NCBI GenBank assembly: GCA_034226945.1
Contig: CP120456.1
Coordinates: forward strand, 1,054,001-1,118,000
Source of the DNA: Picochlorum sp. SENEW3
Lineage: Eukaryota
Reading direction: 5' to 3'
Length of the DNA: 64,000 bases
The position numbers were made by a program, and so were the translations under genes. The notes under the pieces are model-generated. The model was not told where the DNA came from, did no database searches, and saw only the letters and a list, made by a program, of their open reading frames with translations. Shown here piece by piece: positions 61,400-64,000 of this stretch (positions within the stretch are counted from its first letter, which is position 1; every line of letters begins with the position of its first letter).

Positions 61400-63021
61400 T
61401 GCTGCTCCCTCAAGACCCTCCTAAATTTAGAATTGTCTCTAAATACATACCAGCTTCCTAAAGATTTAGACTATGCAGAGGTTGTGAAGCCCACTGCAGC
61501 ACAAGCAAAAACAGTCTGGACAGCCATACGCCAACTCCTCCAGAGCAACTTTTGGAGAAGCACAGCTTTTGCAGCCAATCCAAAAGAAGGAGGCCTAGGC
61601 TGTTTACCCCTTCAGGCCCACCTATCTGCGCGTGATTTGAAGTGGTATATTCTTTTATTCACAGCTGGCGCCGAGAAATCATGGGTTCAATTAGCGTGGA
61701 ATACCTTTTTGAGGCTGCAGGATGGTCAGCATACAGGGATACCTGCCTGTTTGCCCATCCACCTGCAGCAAGGCATCCAGGCTGTTCCCAATTTTGAGCG
61801 ACAGCCCACAGTTTACCATCACGACCCTACTTATTTACGGTACGAGCCACCTACCCTCTTATTTACATCTAGCATATATGCATACCATCTCGCAGATCTT
61901 CAGAGGGCCATACTCCAAAATCAGCAGACAGGAACATATGTCATGAATGGCCTTCAAGGCGAGCTAGGATGGCAGATACACCCCAAATGCCACATGACAT
62001 TAGATACATATACAGTGAAGCAAGGCACTAACTTGTTCACACGAGTAGATAGACAGCACCGACAGCACGACGCAGACGCCTCCGGAGCTGGCTTGAGATC
62101 ATAGAGAGTGTGCCCTGGCCACTTCGCAGAATCTTCAAGCCTTTGCAACAGCTTCAGCTCCCATCTATCTATAAACTCCCTTTCTGGGAGATCCTCATGG
62201 ATACTCAGGTGAATGCTCAGAAGACTCAGAAAGAAAAAGGATGTGTTTGTGGCCATTCAAATGCCACACCAGGTAGAAACCATTATTATACCACAGAATG
62301 CAGCATTGCTTGTAGCCTATATCAGCACCTTGCCACAGGTCTTGGCATTCCAGTCACCCAGGTGTTGCACTCCATTTGGACCAATCAGCCTCCCTCACAT
62401 CTTCCGTACCCCTCGGACACTTGGGGTCTCATCGTGGTGGCGTGCAGTTATAGCTTGGATGATATTCGACGACCGATCTTCAAGGCCTCGGCAGACGCTA
62501 CATCTGCCCAGTTTATTGACACCCTCATCAGCACATTCAATGAGGTATTAGATGCTTATAAAGATAGCTTTTCTCCCGGGTCGGTAAGCCAGACATGTCT
62601 CCCCATCATTCGTTGGTGAGATTCTGAGCACCGCTGGGAACTTGCCAGGTAGTTTGTGCCTCCTGTAGGTCTTCTTTTCCCCTCTTTCGGTTGCCTCAGA
62701 CCTCAGTTTTTCTTATTGGATAGCTACGTCTCGCTGGAAACTTGTGTTTTTATGGTACTCTGGATCAAGGTCGTTTATGACAGTTTTACCTGCTAGAGTT
62801 ACTCTGACACTGGTCTCCTCCCTGTATTAGTGGGTTGATAACAGGTGGAGTCGTATCTTGAGTTGAATCAATAGCGTAGATTTATTTGCCACTGCATTTG
62901 TTTTCTCTGTTTTCTTATTGTTTTTCCTCTTCGCCAATGATGTCTGGAGTGGGGCCTCCGACGGACGAATTCCTCCATCGACCGAGAACTCCCAGGCTGG
63001 TGCTGTAACCCACACTAATTA
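61400..63021 (+). mobile_element. 5'-truncated LINE (ORF2 C-terminal region and 3' UTR)
   Basis: NPKEGGLGCL, YTVKQGT, CVCG..HYYTTEC; the 3' UTR ends TGTAACCCACACTAATTA; a UTR piece also occurs at 21183-21245. Confidence 0.8.
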
Positions 63022-63963
63022 ATTGGATTGAAATGCTTTGATCTTCATTTGAGAATATGTGATGAGCCCCAGCATGGCTATGACGCAGCCTGTGATCATC
63101 TTAGGTGTCAAGTCTTTTCCTTCCTCGAACAGATAAGTTGAAAGAATTAATAAGCCCACTACTTTAATCTCCCCCAGAACAGTTGTGATAACAGAGGAAC
63201 TTTTCTTAATCATCAGATAATGCACAATATTGTATGCGACAGCGTTGATACTAGTCATAAGTAATATGACAATTGCCCTTGCTGAGTTTTCTTTGAGATA
63301 ATTACTCAGATCGGCCATCTCCACACATGCCGTAAATGGCGAGAGACATATTAACGACACTGGTGCAGTGTAAAATGTCAACCGAACGACTTCCAAATTT
63401 TCCGACAACAACTTGCCACTAAAAGTCATCATCATAGCACTGCACACTGTGCTGGAGATACAGAACAAGATCCCTTGGGGCTTTCCAGCAATTGTACCTT
63501 GCCAAACTGCTATCATCACTCCAACTGAAAGAATCAGGAGAGAAATAGCCTCTTGAATTGTTGGCATCTGTTTTTCGATAAATACAGATAAAAGACATGT
63601 AATAACTGGAAGAGATGATCGAATTACTTGATTCAATGATAAGGTAATGCCAACCAAAGATATGTTGTTCAATGCAATGCTTAAGGCCATAAGAGATCCT
63701 ATGTAAAAGATACCTTTCCATTCCTTCTGCAAGGTTTTTGTGTGCGATTCTAGTGGAATGATGATTGCAAATGGTGCCAAAACTATAAAGCTAAAAGACA
63801 TATGCGCGCAAGTCAGCGCCAACGGAAATTTTAGTCCATTATCCAAAGCCCACTTATTCGACAAATTCAACGATGTGTTCAATGATAAATAAGCGATAAT
63901 CAAAAAAATTAAAAGTGGTGTCTTAGGCGTGCTATTCAAACAATCGATGAAGGACTCGGCCAT
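63019..63963 (-). CDS. Triose-phosphate/nucleotide-sugar transporter family protein (TPT/EamA fold), intronless
   Basis: About 9-10 hydrophobic segments; LNLSNKW, FPLALTCAHM, LNNISL..LSLNQVIRS..P, LTFYTAP, TTVLGEIK. Confidence 0.88.
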   Translation of the reverse strand: MAESFIDCLNSTPKTPLLIFLIIAYLSLNTSLNLSNKWALDNGLKFPLALTCAHMSFSFIVLAPFAIIIPLESHTKTLQKEWKGIFYIGSLMALSIALNNISLVGITLSLNQVIRSSLPVITCLLSVFIEKQMPTIQEAISLLILSVGVMIAVWQGTIAGKPQGILFCISSTVCSAMMMTFSGKLLSENLEVVRLTFYTAPVSLICLSPFTACVEMADLSNYLKENSARAIVILLMTSINAVAYNIVHYLMIKKSSSVITTVLGEIKVVGLLILSTYLFEEGKDLTPKMITGCVIAMLGLITYSQMKIKAFQSN

Positions 63964-64000
63964 ATTTTGTAGTGTACCTGGTATGATTTTTTACGGCCTA

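Noticed and set aside
276..63721. Numerous short antisense or overlapping ORFs in the six-frame track
   Set aside because: Shadows of the TE and host coding sequences, with no independent motifs

Overview
Eukaryotic DNA made almost entirely of nested transposable elements. Short GT-AG introns and TGTAA motifs just before LINE poly(A) tails suggest a green alga (inference). From left to right the window holds: three Kyakuja-Dileera-Zisupton (KDZ) transposase loci, two of them paired tail-to-tail with the same uncharacterised partner gene; a complete EnSpm/CACTA-type element (CACTT TIRs, ACA TSD); an L1/Tx1-like LINE plus several LINE 3' fragments; and a ~9 kb multi-gene Helitron-like element with an intact spliced SAP-Rep-Pif1 gene, a GIY-YIG gene and three orphan genes. 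A chromovirus-type Ty3/Gypsy element (gag and pol apparently joined by an intron) and a MULE have inserted into that Helitron-like element. Non-autonomous Helitron derivatives and TA-flanked MITEs are also present. The only host-like genes are three glycosylation genes (GT90, GT8-like, TPT-family nucleotide-sugar transporter), each tightly flanked by TE sequence. All calls come from reading motifs and aligning by eye; no database searches were run.
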